IMG/VR virus record: IMGVR_UViG_3300015607_004939
Source of the DNA: an uncultured virus (IMG/VR IMGVR_UViG_3300015607_004939)
Taxonomy: Duplodnaviria; Heunggongvirae; Uroviricota; Caudoviricetes
Length of the DNA stretch: 64,000 nt
Direction: 5' to 3' (one strand)
The notes under the pieces were generated by a model. The model did no database searches, was not told the DNA's origin, and was given only the letters and a program-made list of their open reading frames with translations. A program made the translations under genes and the position numbers. Shown here in pieces: positions 9,011 through 19,195 of the stretch; the stretch's first letter is position 1; each line of letters opens with the position of its first letter.

Positions 9011-9016
9011 TACCCT
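9011..9016 (+). promoter_or_regulatory. -10 element TACCCT, leaderless
   Basis: 6 nt before GTG 9023. Confidence 0.6.
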
Positions 9017-9022
9017 TTCCGC

Positions 9023-12000
9023 GTGCCCCCTCCGTACTACAACTCCATGCAGGCCCAGGCCGGCTTCCTCCCCGCCCCCCAGGTGACCTTCCCGGGGCAG
9101 GTCTCGGCCATGATCGCCTCCCAGGGAGGCGTGGGGGCCTTCGGCGGGATCTTCCCCTCGCAGGTCTACCAGACGGCCGTGGGGCAGGGGCCCGTCTTCC
9201 AAGGGCCCACGGGGCTCATGGCGCAGATGGGCGGGGCCTCGCCCGCCAACCCCTACGCCGCCCCGAACCCCTACGCGGGCATCCCCGCCTACTCGGGATT
9301 CCGGGGCAGCCCGGGGCCCTTCGCCCCGTACGCGCCGAACCCGCCCCCCGCTTACGGGGGCTTCCAGGGGACGGGCTTCGTGCCGTTCGCCCCCGCCCCC
9401 GCGCCCCCGGCCTTCGATACGGCGTACGGGGGCCAGCTCGCCCAAGCCCAGGCTTCGGCCGAGCGCGCGTGGTTCATGGGTCAGGGGGAGCAAGGCGTCA
9501 TGGCCCGGATGGGCGTGAACGCCGGCTTCGGCTTGGCGGGCGCCGCCATCGGGCGACGCTTCGGCGGGCGCCTGGGCGGCGTCATCGGCGGCATCGCCGG
9601 CTTCCTCGGCTCCGAGATCGGCGGCGCAGGCCAGGGGGCGCAGAACCTCTTCGGCAACTGGGTGAGCGCCCCGAGGCTCGCCGAGTTCGGCGCCGCCGGG
9701 GCCATCGAGCACATGAGCCAGGGGTTCGTCTCGGGCGGCCCCCACATGCACGCTCGCGGGCAGGGGTTCAGCCACCACGCCTCGATGGAGGCCGCCCAGG
9801 GGCTCACCCAGATGGCGGGCTCGGCCTCGTTCAGGCGCGAGACGCGCGACCGATTCGGCCAGCAGGACGTCTTCCGCGTCACGCAGCTCGCGAGCGAGGC
9901 CGGGATGATGACGGGCGTGGGGTCTCCCGAGGGGATGGTGGCGCGCGTGCGCGACGTGATGAAGAGCCTGTCGAGCTTCATGGAGCTCGCCAAGGAGCCC
10001 GACATCGTGCGGGCCGTTCAGAGCATGCAGAACTTGCGAGCCTCGGGCCTGAACCTCCAGGAGACCCTCTCGGCGGTCTCACAGGGGCGGGCCTTTGCGC
10101 GCATGGCCGGCACGACCTTCCAGTCGCTCTCGGAGATCGGCGGCGCCATCGGCTCGGCGACGTTCCAGTCCATGGGGATGACGCAGGGGACGGGCTTCGG
10201 CGTCGGAATGGGTGCCTACGGGCAGGCGGCGTCGAGCCTCAACCGTGGCACCATCGGCACGCAGCTCGGCAGCCTCGTGGGCGGCGCGCAGGGCTTGGCC
10301 CAGCTCAACGCCATGTACGCCGGGGCGGCGCTCCAGCACCCGATGACCGTCCCAGGTCTCATGTCGACGACGGGCGGGCTGAACGCGGGCGCGCTGCGCG
10401 GCTACTTGGGCGGTCAGGGCGACCTCTTCTCGCTCACGAGCCAGGGGTCCTCGGCCCTCTCGGGCATGGCCAACCGGATGGGCGTCGGGGGACTGGGGCT
10501 CGGCGTCGCGATGCAACCGCTCCTTCAGGACACAGTGGGCCGCGCGATGCAGTCGCAGGGCATGTTCGCCGGGCGCAACATCGAGGACCGGCAGGTGATG
10601 GCTCTCGCCCGCCAGATGGGCATGAGCGGTTCGGAGGGCTACATCACCGCCGGGCAGATGATGGGCATGGACCGATCGCAGGTCATCGCCCGCGCCACGG
10701 AGCTCGGCTCCTCGTCCTACTGGCAGGGGCAACGACAGCAGCTCGGCGTCGAGCGCGCCGAGGCGCACGCCGAGGAGCGCCGCCGCCGCGAGGCCAACGC
10801 CCCGGGTGCGGGCTCGGTGCTCATGCGCGACACGGCCCTCGGGGACGCGACGGCTGGTTTGGGGGAGGCGTACCACCACCTCGCCGTGGGGGTCTCGCGC
10901 GCTTTTCGCGGACGCGAGTCGGCCGAGCAGTTCCTGGCGCCGACGACGGAGAGCGCCCGGAGGCGCCTGGACCGCATGTACCGAGACGTCGGCTCCTTCG
11001 CCCGCAACTACCGAGGCCCGGTGAACGAGGACGACGTGTTCGACCGGGTGTCGACGGACTACAAGATCTCCCGCGCGGTCGGGGCGCGCGGGCTCATGGC
11101 GGGCGCCGGGGGGCTGTTCATGAGCCTCACGCCCGAGCAGCGCGCGAACGGTCGAAGGAATCTGCGCGAGGGAGGCGAGTTCGCCAACAGCGTCTTAGCC
11201 ACGAGCTCCACTCAACAACGCGCAGCCATGGGGGAGCTCGGCAACACGTTCGGTGGCATGGAGGGCTTGGCGGCCTTCAGCCAGAACCTGAACGATCTGA
11301 CGCGTCGTGCAGCCGGAGGCGGGGCCGGGGGGCAGGTCGGAGGCATGGTCCTGAATGGCCTCTTCCGAGGGGGTGTCGGGATGTTAGGCTTCGGCGCCGT
11401 CGACCCAGGCAACATCACGGGCTCACGCGCGATGACCGAGTCGGACTTCCGCGAGGCGTACATGAACTCGATGCGCGGCCGTGGGGTCGGACAGGAAGAG
11501 CTCAATCGCCGCTGGTCGCAGGACCGCGAAACCATCGGGCAACAGGCGGCGTTCATGCGCAACCTGGAGGTGCACACGGCGGCCGAGAACGAGGCGTGGG
11601 AGACCTCCGGGTCATTCGCCTCGCGATTCGGGCGCCGGGGCGGGGTGCTGGGCCGCGTGCGCGAGCGGGAGCAGGGCGCCTACCGGGCGCTCCTCGGGGA
11701 CGTGGGCCGCGAGGGTCAGCGAGGGTTCCAGTCCGTGATGGACCGCGTCGAGGGCCTGGGTCGCGAGGGCACGAGCCGGTACGAGCAGACCCGGCGGCTC
11801 ATGGCGGTGTTCGTCCAGGCCCGCCTCGCCGCGCAGACGGGCGGCCAGGGCGGGCGCGCACGCGCCAACCGGCTCATCACCGAGGCGGCCGTGGCGGCAG
11901 GCCAGCAGGGCATGAGCGCGACGGACATCACCGACGTGGGGCACCGGGCCGAGGGGCTCACGAGCGAGTTCGTCGGCAACGAGGAGGCCGTGATGGGCGC

Positions 12001-12634
12001 GAGCGGCTTCATCGAGCACGCCCGCTCGGGCGCGTCCGCCCTCACGGCCATCGGCGAGCAGGGCACGGCGCTCGACCAGGGCCGGGCGGTGCGCCGCGTG
12101 GGCTCGGGCTTCGCCTCCTACGCGACGGGCGGCGGCGTGCTTCAGGACGTGCTGAGGGGGACGACGGCGGGCTCGTACAACGAGGAGGAGGTGCGCGGCA
12201 AACTCATGAGCATGACGCGCCAGCAGCTCGAACGCCTCCGTCGCGAGGGCCGTGGGGGTGCGCGCATCGCCGACCTGATCCGACGGGGGGACTTCGCCGA
12301 GATCAGCCAGATGGCAGGTCGGCGCGGCGAGCGGGCCGAAGAACTTCGGAGCCGCTACGACCAGGAGGAGTCGAGCTGGTTCCGGCGCGTGATGGGCACC
12401 GACGCCTCGGCCCGCGAGGGCTACGTGAACGAGCACCTCCAGACGCTCTCCGGCCGCGAGCGCGACCTGGACCGGCAGTCCCGAGACTCCGAAGCCACCG
12501 AGAGCGAGATGCGCGGAGGGCGCCTGGGCACCGTGACCGACAACCTCGCCGAGGTCACGCGCAACTTGGCCGAGGTCACGCGTAACCTTAGCGACGTGGA
12601 AACCAACCGTCAGCTCGGAGGAATGGTCGGATGA
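9023..12634 (+). CDS. Tape-measure-like protein
   Basis: 1203 aa, Gly/Ala/Met/Gln-rich, hydrophobic Gly-rich stretches, between frameshifting chaperone and baseplate genes; C-terminal NLAEVTR heptad repeats. Confidence 0.65.
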   Translation: MPPPYYNSMQAQAGFLPAPQVTFPGQVSAMIASQGGVGAFGGIFPSQVYQTAVGQGPVFQGPTGLMAQMGGASPANPYAAPNPYAGIPAYSGFRGSPGPFAPYAPNPPPAYGGFQGTGFVPFAPAPAPPAFDTAYGGQLAQAQASAERAWFMGQGEQGVMARMGVNAGFGLAGAAIGRRFGGRLGGVIGGIAGFLGSEIGGAGQGAQNLFGNWVSAPRLAEFGAAGAIEHMSQGFVSGGPHMHARGQGFSHHASMEAAQGLTQMAGSASFRRETRDRFGQQDVFRVTQLASEAGMMTGVGSPEGMVARVRDVMKSLSSFMELAKEPDIVRAVQSMQNLRASGLNLQETLSAVSQGRAFARMAGTTFQSLSEIGGAIGSATFQSMGMTQGTGFGVGMGAYGQAASSLNRGTIGTQLGSLVGGAQGLAQLNAMYAGAALQHPMTVPGLMSTTGGLNAGALRGYLGGQGDLFSLTSQGSSALSGMANRMGVGGLGLGVAMQPLLQDTVGRAMQSQGMFAGRNIEDRQVMALARQMGMSGSEGYITAGQMMGMDRSQVIARATELGSSSYWQGQRQQLGVERAEAHAEERRRREANAPGAGSVLMRDTALGDATAGLGEAYHHLAVGVSRAFRGRESAEQFLAPTTESARRRLDRMYRDVGSFARNYRGPVNEDDVFDRVSTDYKISRAVGARGLMAGAGGLFMSLTPEQRANGRRNLREGGEFANSVLATSSTQQRAAMGELGNTFGGMEGLAAFSQNLNDLTRRAAGGGAGGQVGGMVLNGLFRGGVGMLGFGAVDPGNITGSRAMTESDFREAYMNSMRGRGVGQEELNRRWSQDRETIGQQAAFMRNLEVHTAAENEAWETSGSFASRFGRRGGVLGRVREREQGAYRALLGDVGREGQRGFQSVMDRVEGLGREGTSRYEQTRRLMAVFVQARLAAQTGGQGGRARANRLITEAAVAAGQQGMSATDITDVGHRAEGLTSEFVGNEEAVMGASGFIEHARSGASALTAIGEQGTALDQGRAVRRVGSGFASYATGGGVLQDVLRGTTAGSYNEEEVRGKLMSMTRQQLERLRREGRGGARIADLIRRGDFAEISQMAGRRGERAEELRSRYDQEESSWFRRVMGTDASAREGYVNEHLQTLSGRERDLDRQSRDSEATESEMRGGRLGTVTDNLAEVTRNLAEVTRNLSDVETNRQLGGMVG

Positions 12635-12825
12635 CGCCCGCAACGCCGCGCAAGCGCGTGCCCGCATCGACCCTGCATGTCCTCACCGAGCGCCACGAGG
12701 CGCTTTGTACGGCGTACCGGTCCGACCTCGCGCCCGAGGTGGGGATGCCCTCGGTGCGCTCGACCGCGCGCGCCCTGGTGAGGGACCGGTCCGTCCTCGA
12801 CATGTACAAGTCGGTGAGGCGTTGA
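12631..12825 (+). CDS. Small hypothetical protein
   Basis: ATGA coupling, RBS GGAGGA, stop 1 nt before next ATG. Confidence 0.55.
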   Translation: MTPATPRKRVPASTLHVLTERHEALCTAYRSDLAPEVGMPSVRSTARALVRDRSVLDMYKSVRR

Positions 12826-12826
12826 G

Positions 12827-14014
12827 ATGGCCCTGATCCCCGGCAGCGACAGCGCCCGTGGCGAGGGCTCGCCCCTCTTCGACCCAAGCCACGGCGTGGG
12901 CGGCACCTTCGCCCAGTGGATCCAGGGCGCGACGCCGAAGTACGCCAAGAACGACGGCGGCGGGCGGCAGGACATCTTCCGCGACTCGCTCGCCCGCCTG
13001 TTCGTGCGGGTCGATCAGGAGGAGTGGCCCCTGTTCGAGAGCTCGTTCGCCGACAGCCACACCCGCACCCAGCTCATCCCGCGAGCGGCCGGCGACCCTC
13101 GCGGCTCTCGCGGATACATCGACTTCCTGATCCAGGAGATGGCCCTCGACTTCAACGAGAAGTACGACGCGGCAGAGACGCTCGGGGACAACTACGTCCT
13201 CTACACCTTCGGTCAAGCGGCCCCGACGGCGTCGTTCCAGGGCGTGCTCATCAACACGGTGCAGGACGATCAGGCCACGAACTTCCTGCGCCTGTACCTG
13301 CAACTCTTCCGCGCGACCGAGCTCGCTCGCCGGCAGAAGGCGGCCCACGTCAAGATCGACTCGTACATCTTCACGGGCGTGATGGTGAACTTGCGCATGA
13401 ACTACCGCGCGGTGATGGAGGTGGCGGTCCCGTTCAGCTTCCAGTTCATCATCAAGAAGATCGCCTTCACGAACTACACGATCGGCTGGCGCCCGACGAG
13501 CGTGGGCACCCCCTTCGCCACGGACCTGAACGCCGTGCCGGCCGACGCCCGCATCGGGCCCGAGCGACCTGCGACGGCCGTGACGTTCGCGCTGACGCCG
13601 GACGTGCAGCGTCAGGACGAAGCCCCCCAGGTGAGTCTCCAGCCTCCTCCCGAGGCGCCGAGGCCCAACGAGCGCGCCGAGGCCCTCCGAAGGGACCTCA
13701 TCTCCAACGAGAACGCGCAGGCCGCCGTGCGACAGCGTGGGGAGGAGATCCGCCGCAACCACAGCATCTTCGACGACCCGTTGGAGTTCCAGCTCCGTGG
13801 TGTGCAGTCGGAGTCCCTGCGGCTCAACGAGCAGCGCGCCCAGCTCGAACGTGACCTCGCCGAGGCCGAGGCGCACCCCGCCGCGCCCGTCGTCTCCAAC
13901 GCCCCGCCCGTGCCGGCGGACGGCGCCACAACGCCCGCGCCGGACCCCGCGCCCACGGCGGCGGGTTCGCCCCAGACGAACCTGCCCTTCACTCCTCCCG
14001 GAAGCCGCCCGTGA
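12827..14014 (+). CDS. Putative tail-tube initiator / baseplate hub-associated protein
   Basis: Position after tape measure; beta-rich N-domain (EKYDAAETLGDNYVLYTFG...FSFQFII); assignment by context only. Confidence 0.45.
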   Translation: MALIPGSDSARGEGSPLFDPSHGVGGTFAQWIQGATPKYAKNDGGGRQDIFRDSLARLFVRVDQEEWPLFESSFADSHTRTQLIPRAAGDPRGSRGYIDFLIQEMALDFNEKYDAAETLGDNYVLYTFGQAAPTASFQGVLINTVQDDQATNFLRLYLQLFRATELARRQKAAHVKIDSYIFTGVMVNLRMNYRAVMEVAVPFSFQFIIKKIAFTNYTIGWRPTSVGTPFATDLNAVPADARIGPERPATAVTFALTPDVQRQDEAPQVSLQPPPEAPRPNERAEALRRDLISNENAQAAVRQRGEEIRRNHSIFDDPLEFQLRGVQSESLRLNEQRAQLERDLAEAEAHPAAPVVSNAPPVPADGATTPAPDPAPTAAGSPQTNLPFTPPGSRP

Positions 14015-15090
14015 CCGCGCGCCTCCAGTCCTTCACCCCGGAGTCCGGGTCCCTCGTCTCGCAGTACGAGCCGATCTTCGTGCTGCTCGCGCTCGACCCG
14101 GGCACGACCTCCCGATCGCTCACGATGTCCGTCAACGGATCGCCCATCCTCACGTGGACGGGCGGCTTCGTCTCGCTCGCCCCGGCCTACTTCGGGGACG
14201 TCTCGGCGAGCCCCACGCAGCTCTCGGCCACGCTCGTCCGCGACGGTGGGTGGGCCGTGGGGGTGAGCTACTCCTGGAGTACGGCGTACTCGGACTCGAA
14301 CGGGGCCTTGCCGACCGTCTCCGGGCGGCTCGCCCGCACCGCCTACACCCTGACGCGCACCCCAGCGTCCGACCAGTCGAACGTGCCCCCGAGGGCGCCC
14401 GTGTCGCTGCTCGTGGACTTCGAGGCGGGGTTGGCGCGGGCGCCAGCGCTCACGCTGAACGGGGACGAGACCGTCAACGAGGACGGCGAGCTCCTGACGC
14501 CCGCGTACTCGGGACGTTCCGGCTACGCTGGCCTGAAGGGCTGGTCGTTCGTGAACCACCGCCGATCCTTCCGTCGCGGTGCCCGGGTCCGGGTGGACGC
14601 CGGGCTCGTTGTCTCGATCGGGGGACTCATCTACAAGGCGCGCGAGTCGTGGCAGTTCGACGTGGCCGAGACGCCCGCATCGCCACGCTGGACGCCCCCG
14701 TCGCTCTCGCCGCCCGCCTACGCCCAGAGCCCCGTCGTGGCCGCGCTGCGTCAGGTGGCGGCCTCGTGCCTCCTCACGCGAGGCAGGTCCCCGGCGCTAC
14801 TCACGCTCCTGGTGGACCTCGCTCTGCACTCCGAGGTGGGTCAGCTCTTGAAGCCGTTCGTGACGGGCGCGGGGCCTCAGCTCCTGCCCGAGGACCTCCC
14901 GCCCGACGCGGCGATCGTCGATCTCGTGACCAAGGCCGACCCGTTCTGGCGTGCTGCGCTCCAGATCGCTGCGCCCGGCGAGGAGCGCGAAGCCCTTGAG
15001 CGGGCCTGGGCCTCGGAGCACCCGATCGAGCGGGCGGCTGCGCTCGCCGTGATCCTCTGCTACGCCGAGGGCCTGCGCAATGGCCATTGA
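14011..15090 (+). CDS. Hypothetical virion protein
   Basis: Coupled ORF in tail operon. Confidence 0.6.
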   Translation: MTARLQSFTPESGSLVSQYEPIFVLLALDPGTTSRSLTMSVNGSPILTWTGGFVSLAPAYFGDVSASPTQLSATLVRDGGWAVGVSYSWSTAYSDSNGALPTVSGRLARTAYTLTRTPASDQSNVPPRAPVSLLVDFEAGLARAPALTLNGDETVNEDGELLTPAYSGRSGYAGLKGWSFVNHRRSFRRGARVRVDAGLVVSIGGLIYKARESWQFDVAETPASPRWTPPSLSPPAYAQSPVVAALRQVAASCLLTRGRSPALLTLLVDLALHSEVGQLLKPFVTGAGPQLLPEDLPPDAAIVDLVTKADPFWRAALQIAAPGEEREALERAWASEHPIERAAALAVILCYAEGLRNGH

Positions 15091-18000
15091 CCCCACCGCC
15101 GCGAGGCCCGCCAGCACCCCGTCGGACAACCCGACCTACCAGGGCGCCTGGGTCTGCTACATCAACGGCCGCGCGGTCCCCATCTACGCCTTCGACACGA
15201 CCTCGCGCGTGTGGGAGCCGCCCACGGCGCGCATCCACCTCCTGCCGGACGTGCTCCTCATGCGCCTCGGGCACGAGGACCGGGTGCCGGTCGCCTTTTT
15301 TTACCTGGACCACTGGGTCGACCCGGCCAAGCCGGACTTCCGGCTCCTCTTCGACGGCGAGATCCTGGGGTGGAGCTACTCGCACGCCAAGGGCACGCGC
15401 ACGGTGAGCTTCACCGTCACCGCGCACATCCACATCTTCCAGCAGCTCTACTTCCAGTACATGACGAACATCGACGACGTCGTGGCGGCCCGGTCGCCCG
15501 AACTCGTCGCGAGCTCCATCGCCACGACGCCCGGCCCCATCTACCCGTACGCCCTCTACCACCAGGGGCTGAACCAGACGGCCGCGCAGATCGAGGCGGC
15601 GACCCCTCGCCCCGGGGTCACGGTGACGGACGTGAACCTCGACGCCGAGACGCCCGGCGCCACGCTGCCCATCCAGGCGCCTTACGAGCTGGTCTACAAC
15701 GCAGTCAAGGGTTGCATCGACGCGACGATCCCCAACGAGCGCCGCAGCCTGCCGATGATGAACTTCTTCGCTCGGCACATCAGGAAGACCCAGTTCCACA
15801 ACCGCTGGGTGCGCCTGCCGATCATGGAGGACCCGGCGGTGTTGGCCGGTGAGCTCGGCGTCTTCCCGATCTTCCGCGCGGCCCGCAGCGTCGAGGCCCT
15901 GAACGCGATGCAGCGCCACGTGGCCTCCCAGGTGGGGAACGCCGGCCCCGTGTGGAACGTGTTCCAGCAGACGCTGGGGCTCGTCTACATGGAGATCGGC
16001 ATGGTCCCGAACCCGTGCTCGGTGCTCGTGCAGTTGAACGACACCTCCGGCGTGGGCAACCCCGTCGACGGTCGGATCATCGGGCACCCGAGGTACGACA
16101 CGCCGCTGCGAGACCAACGGACCGTGGACGCCCAGCAGGGCCCCGCGCCTCAGGCCCCTGAGACCTTCCGCCGCGACCCGCCCTCCCCACTTCGCCGGAG
16201 CGAGGAGGAGCCGCTCTTCGTGCCCGAGGAGCCGACCCAGCGGATCGCCGTGGTCGACAACTCCGAACGCGTGGTCTCGACGGCCCCCGTGGGGAGCGGC
16301 GTGCGGTTCAACCGGGTGGGGGCCGGCGGCACCGAGTTCGGCGTCGACCCGCTCACGCCCATCCGGCTCGCGCAGTACTTCGTCAAGCCCGCGATGCACT
16401 TCGCCGAGCCCCCGGCCTGCAACGTGATCTTCCCGTCCATGGTCGACTCCTGGACCTACGACGAGAACTATCTGGCGCAGCCCACGCGCATCTACGTCAA
16501 CGACTCGGTGATGACGGGCCTGCTCCGGGCGGACGGCGCCAACCGCGAGTTCATGCTGCACGCGCTCACCGTCGCCTACCCCGAGGAGGCCGACGCGCTC
16601 CTGCACCACAAGGTGAACGCCGCCGTGGGCGGGGCGGGTTCCACCGCCCCGACCGAGTCGGGTAAGAACCTGCTCCTGTGGCCCGAGGAGTACTACAAGG
16701 GCCCGGTCACGGCCAAGAGCGCCCTGCCCGCGTGGTTCCAGTTCGCCCGCCAGTTCTCGAACGCCCAGGCGGCCACGCTCGGCGCGGCCGGGTCGGGAGG
16801 GCCCGCCGTGGGGGTCCCGCCGTCGGGCCTCGCCCGCGCCGAGAGCTTGATGGGGGGCCCGGCGGGGAGCGTTTCCGGGGGTTTGGCCTTCAGCGTCGCC
16901 CGCCGGAACTCCCAGGGGCAGAGCTACTTCCACGCCGGGAGCGACATCTCGGCCGCCATCGGCACCCCGGTGTACGCCGTACTGCCCGGTCAGGTCTCGG
17001 AGGTGGTCGCCAACTTCCAGCCCTCGGGCGACAAGTGCGGCAACATGGTGGTCGTCAACCACCCGCGCTCGGGCCCCAACGGCGAGACCGTCACCTGCAT
17101 CTACATGCACTTCCAGCGCTTCGGCGAGGGGATCTCCGAGGGCCGCCGCGTGAACCCGGGGGACGTCCTCGGGTACGTGGGCGTCACCAACGGCTCGGCG
17201 CCCGACCGCGACGCCGTGATCCGGGCGTTCAACATCCCGCCCGCCAAGGCGCTCGAAGCCTTCAACGCGGGGACCCAGGCGGGCGCCGAGCGCGTTCTGG
17301 CCCCGTTCCTGGAGAACCGCCCGATCCCGAGCGGCACGGACCTCTCGCGCAAGCCCTGGAGCTACACCGAGCGCGAGGCCAACCCCGATCAGGCCGCCCG
17401 CGCCCGCGTGCCCCACACCCCGGTGCCGCAGTGGAAGATCCTCGCCCGTTGCGTAGCGGGCCTCTTCCACCAGACGGGCGGGGCGCACTGCCACCTGGAG
17501 GTCATCTTCACGCCGCCCGGCCAGCGGATCGACCGTTCGCCCCCGCGATACGTGAACAACGTGCTCACGCCCAACAACCGCGTGGACGCCGTGGCGTGGC
17601 TGGCGAGCATCGGGGTCGCCCTCGGCACCAACCACTCGCGCGCCCCCGGCCCCTCCCGCCGTGGCCGCATCCCGCCCGCGACGGGCGCCCCGGCACCCAC
17701 GCCCGACATCAACACCGCGAACCTGACGGCCTCGGCGCCCGCGTCGGCCGCCCCGCTGCCTTCGGCGGGGGTGTCGCCTCAGATCACCACCGTGGCGCGG
17801 AACATCCCGCGCATCGCCCCCAACGCAGGCGCGGCGACCCCCGGCGCGGGGGGACCCGGCGCGCCGCACACGACCGCCCACGAGGCGCCAACGACCACGG
17901 CCCTCGCCCCCGGCGGCACGGCGGCCGAGGGGGACAGCTTTGCGTCCCTCTTCCGCCTCTACGCCCAGCAGGAGTACCTGCGCCAGCGCTACGCCCAGCG

Positions 18001-19195
18001 CGGGGCGGGCGTGAACATGCGCTTCAACCCGTACATCCTCGCGGGCTTCCCCGGGATGGTCTTCGACAACCTGTCGGTGGGGATGCACGCCGTGGGGCAC
18101 GTGCAGAGCGTGCAGCACTCCGGGATCGTGCGGGACAAGGGCGCGCGCATGGCCTCGCAGGCGCAGCTCTCCTACTGCCGGACGATCTACGAGTTCATCG
18201 CGGACGTGCGCGCCGATGCCGTGCGCTTCGGAGGGCGCGTCACGTCCGCCCCGGCCGAGCTCATCAGCGAGATTCGCGAGGTGGTGCAGGACGAGGGGCG
18301 CGCCGAGCAGTTCTACAAGAAGCTCCTCTACGGGGGACGGGAGAACCTCGCCGGGGCGTGCTTCCGCTGGACCGAGGCCATGGGCTACTCCGACGGCGGT
18401 CAGGTCATCCCCATCGAGATCGTGGGCGAATCCGTCGCCGTTCAGGAGGAGCGACTCCGGGCGGCCGAGGCGGCGGGGCGCGGCGAGGGCACGGCGTCTG
18501 GATCCGAGCAGGGGCAGCCCTCGCCCGCGACGGCCGCGCAGTCGGCGAGCGCCGGGGGCGTCTCCTCGCAGGGGCAGACCACGGTGCACACGAACCTGGA
18601 CCCCAACAAGGAGCTCTCGCCCAGGCAGAACATCTACTCCGACGCCTTCCGCAGCTACGACGTTGCCATGCGCCTCGCCGCACGCCCCGCCTGCACGCTC
18701 GACGAATACATCCGCTTCTGGCACGGTGGGAAAACCGTCGGACAGATGCAAGCCACGGGACAAGTTGGACCCATCCGCACCGATTATGCGTATCGGACGC
18801 AACTGATTCCTGAAGTAGTTGCAGAGGCCGCGACACCTACCAGTGTCCTGAGGCTGGTGTACGGAGTGACGGAACGACCTACGGCGCAGTTTTACGACTG
18901 GATCTTCAAGCTGGTTCCAGGACCGGGTCGTAACACGCAGAAGGACCGCGACGACGCGGCCGATGACGCACGAGAAGGCAACTCCAATCGTCCACGACGT
19001 GCTCAAACCGAAGAAGATCGCTTGAGGCCGCCGACGGATGAGGAACAGGGGTTCACCCGCCCACCCGCACAGATCCTTCCCACCGCACGATCTCAAGGCG
19101 TGCCGGAGACCTACCCTGACACGAGGGCCGACTGGGACACCGTGTTGGACCTCTACCGCGAGAAGGTCGTGCAGAGAGTGAGCCCGAGCCGATGA
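15080..19195 (+). CDS. Baseplate hub-like protein with internal M23 peptidase domain
   Basis: M23 motifs FHAGSDI, GTPVYAV..GQV, GNMVVVNH, YMH, GDVLGYVG, HCHLEV; hub-like N- and C-terminal parts (MRFNPYILAGFP). Confidence 0.75.
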   Translation: MAIDPTAARPASTPSDNPTYQGAWVCYINGRAVPIYAFDTTSRVWEPPTARIHLLPDVLLMRLGHEDRVPVAFFYLDHWVDPAKPDFRLLFDGEILGWSYSHAKGTRTVSFTVTAHIHIFQQLYFQYMTNIDDVVAARSPELVASSIATTPGPIYPYALYHQGLNQTAAQIEAATPRPGVTVTDVNLDAETPGATLPIQAPYELVYNAVKGCIDATIPNERRSLPMMNFFARHIRKTQFHNRWVRLPIMEDPAVLAGELGVFPIFRAARSVEALNAMQRHVASQVGNAGPVWNVFQQTLGLVYMEIGMVPNPCSVLVQLNDTSGVGNPVDGRIIGHPRYDTPLRDQRTVDAQQGPAPQAPETFRRDPPSPLRRSEEEPLFVPEEPTQRIAVVDNSERVVSTAPVGSGVRFNRVGAGGTEFGVDPLTPIRLAQYFVKPAMHFAEPPACNVIFPSMVDSWTYDENYLAQPTRIYVNDSVMTGLLRADGANREFMLHALTVAYPEEADALLHHKVNAAVGGAGSTAPTESGKNLLLWPEEYYKGPVTAKSALPAWFQFARQFSNAQAATLGAAGSGGPAVGVPPSGLARAESLMGGPAGSVSGGLAFSVARRNSQGQSYFHAGSDISAAIGTPVYAVLPGQVSEVVANFQPSGDKCGNMVVVNHPRSGPNGETVTCIYMHFQRFGEGISEGRRVNPGDVLGYVGVTNGSAPDRDAVIRAFNIPPAKALEAFNAGTQAGAERVLAPFLENRPIPSGTDLSRKPWSYTEREANPDQAARARVPHTPVPQWKILARCVAGLFHQTGGAHCHLEVIFTPPGQRIDRSPPRYVNNVLTPNNRVDAVAWLASIGVALGTNHSRAPGPSRRGRIPPATGAPAPTPDINTANLTASAPASAAPLPSAGVSPQITTVARNIPRIAPNAGAATPGAGGPGAPHTTAHEAPTTTALAPGGTAAEGDSFASLFRLYAQQEYLRQRYAQRGAGVNMRFNPYILAGFPGMVFDNLSVGMHAVGHVQSVQHSGIVRDKGARMASQAQLSYCRTIYEFIADVRADAVRFGGRVTSAPAELISEIREVVQDEGRAEQFYKKLLYGGRENLAGACFRWTEAMGYSDGGQVIPIEIVGESVAVQEERLRAAEAAGRGEGTASGSEQGQPSPATAAQSASAGGVSSQGQTTVHTNLDPNKELSPRQNIYSDAFRSYDVAMRLAARPACTLDEYIRFWHGGKTVGQMQATGQVGPIRTDYAYRTQLIPEVVAEAATPTSVLRLVYGVTERPTAQFYDWIFKLVPGPGRNTQKDRDDAADDAREGNSNRPRRAQTEEDRLRPPTDEEQGFTRPPAQILPTARSQGVPETYPDTRADWDTVLDLYREKVVQRVSPSR

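Noticed and set aside
12542..12597. 21-nt tandem repeat at the end of the tape measure gene
   Set aside because: Encodes NLAEVTR coiled-coil heptads with synonymous differences; a protein-level repeat, not a DNA element
14801..19096. Very long antisense or alternate-frame ORFs (also 30144-33170, 8455-12585, 43766-47287, 28031-30091, 54476-56137 and others)
   Set aside because: Shadow ORFs expected at high GC3; they overlap genes with clear motifs and have Arg/Gly/Pro-rich or antisense-type composition
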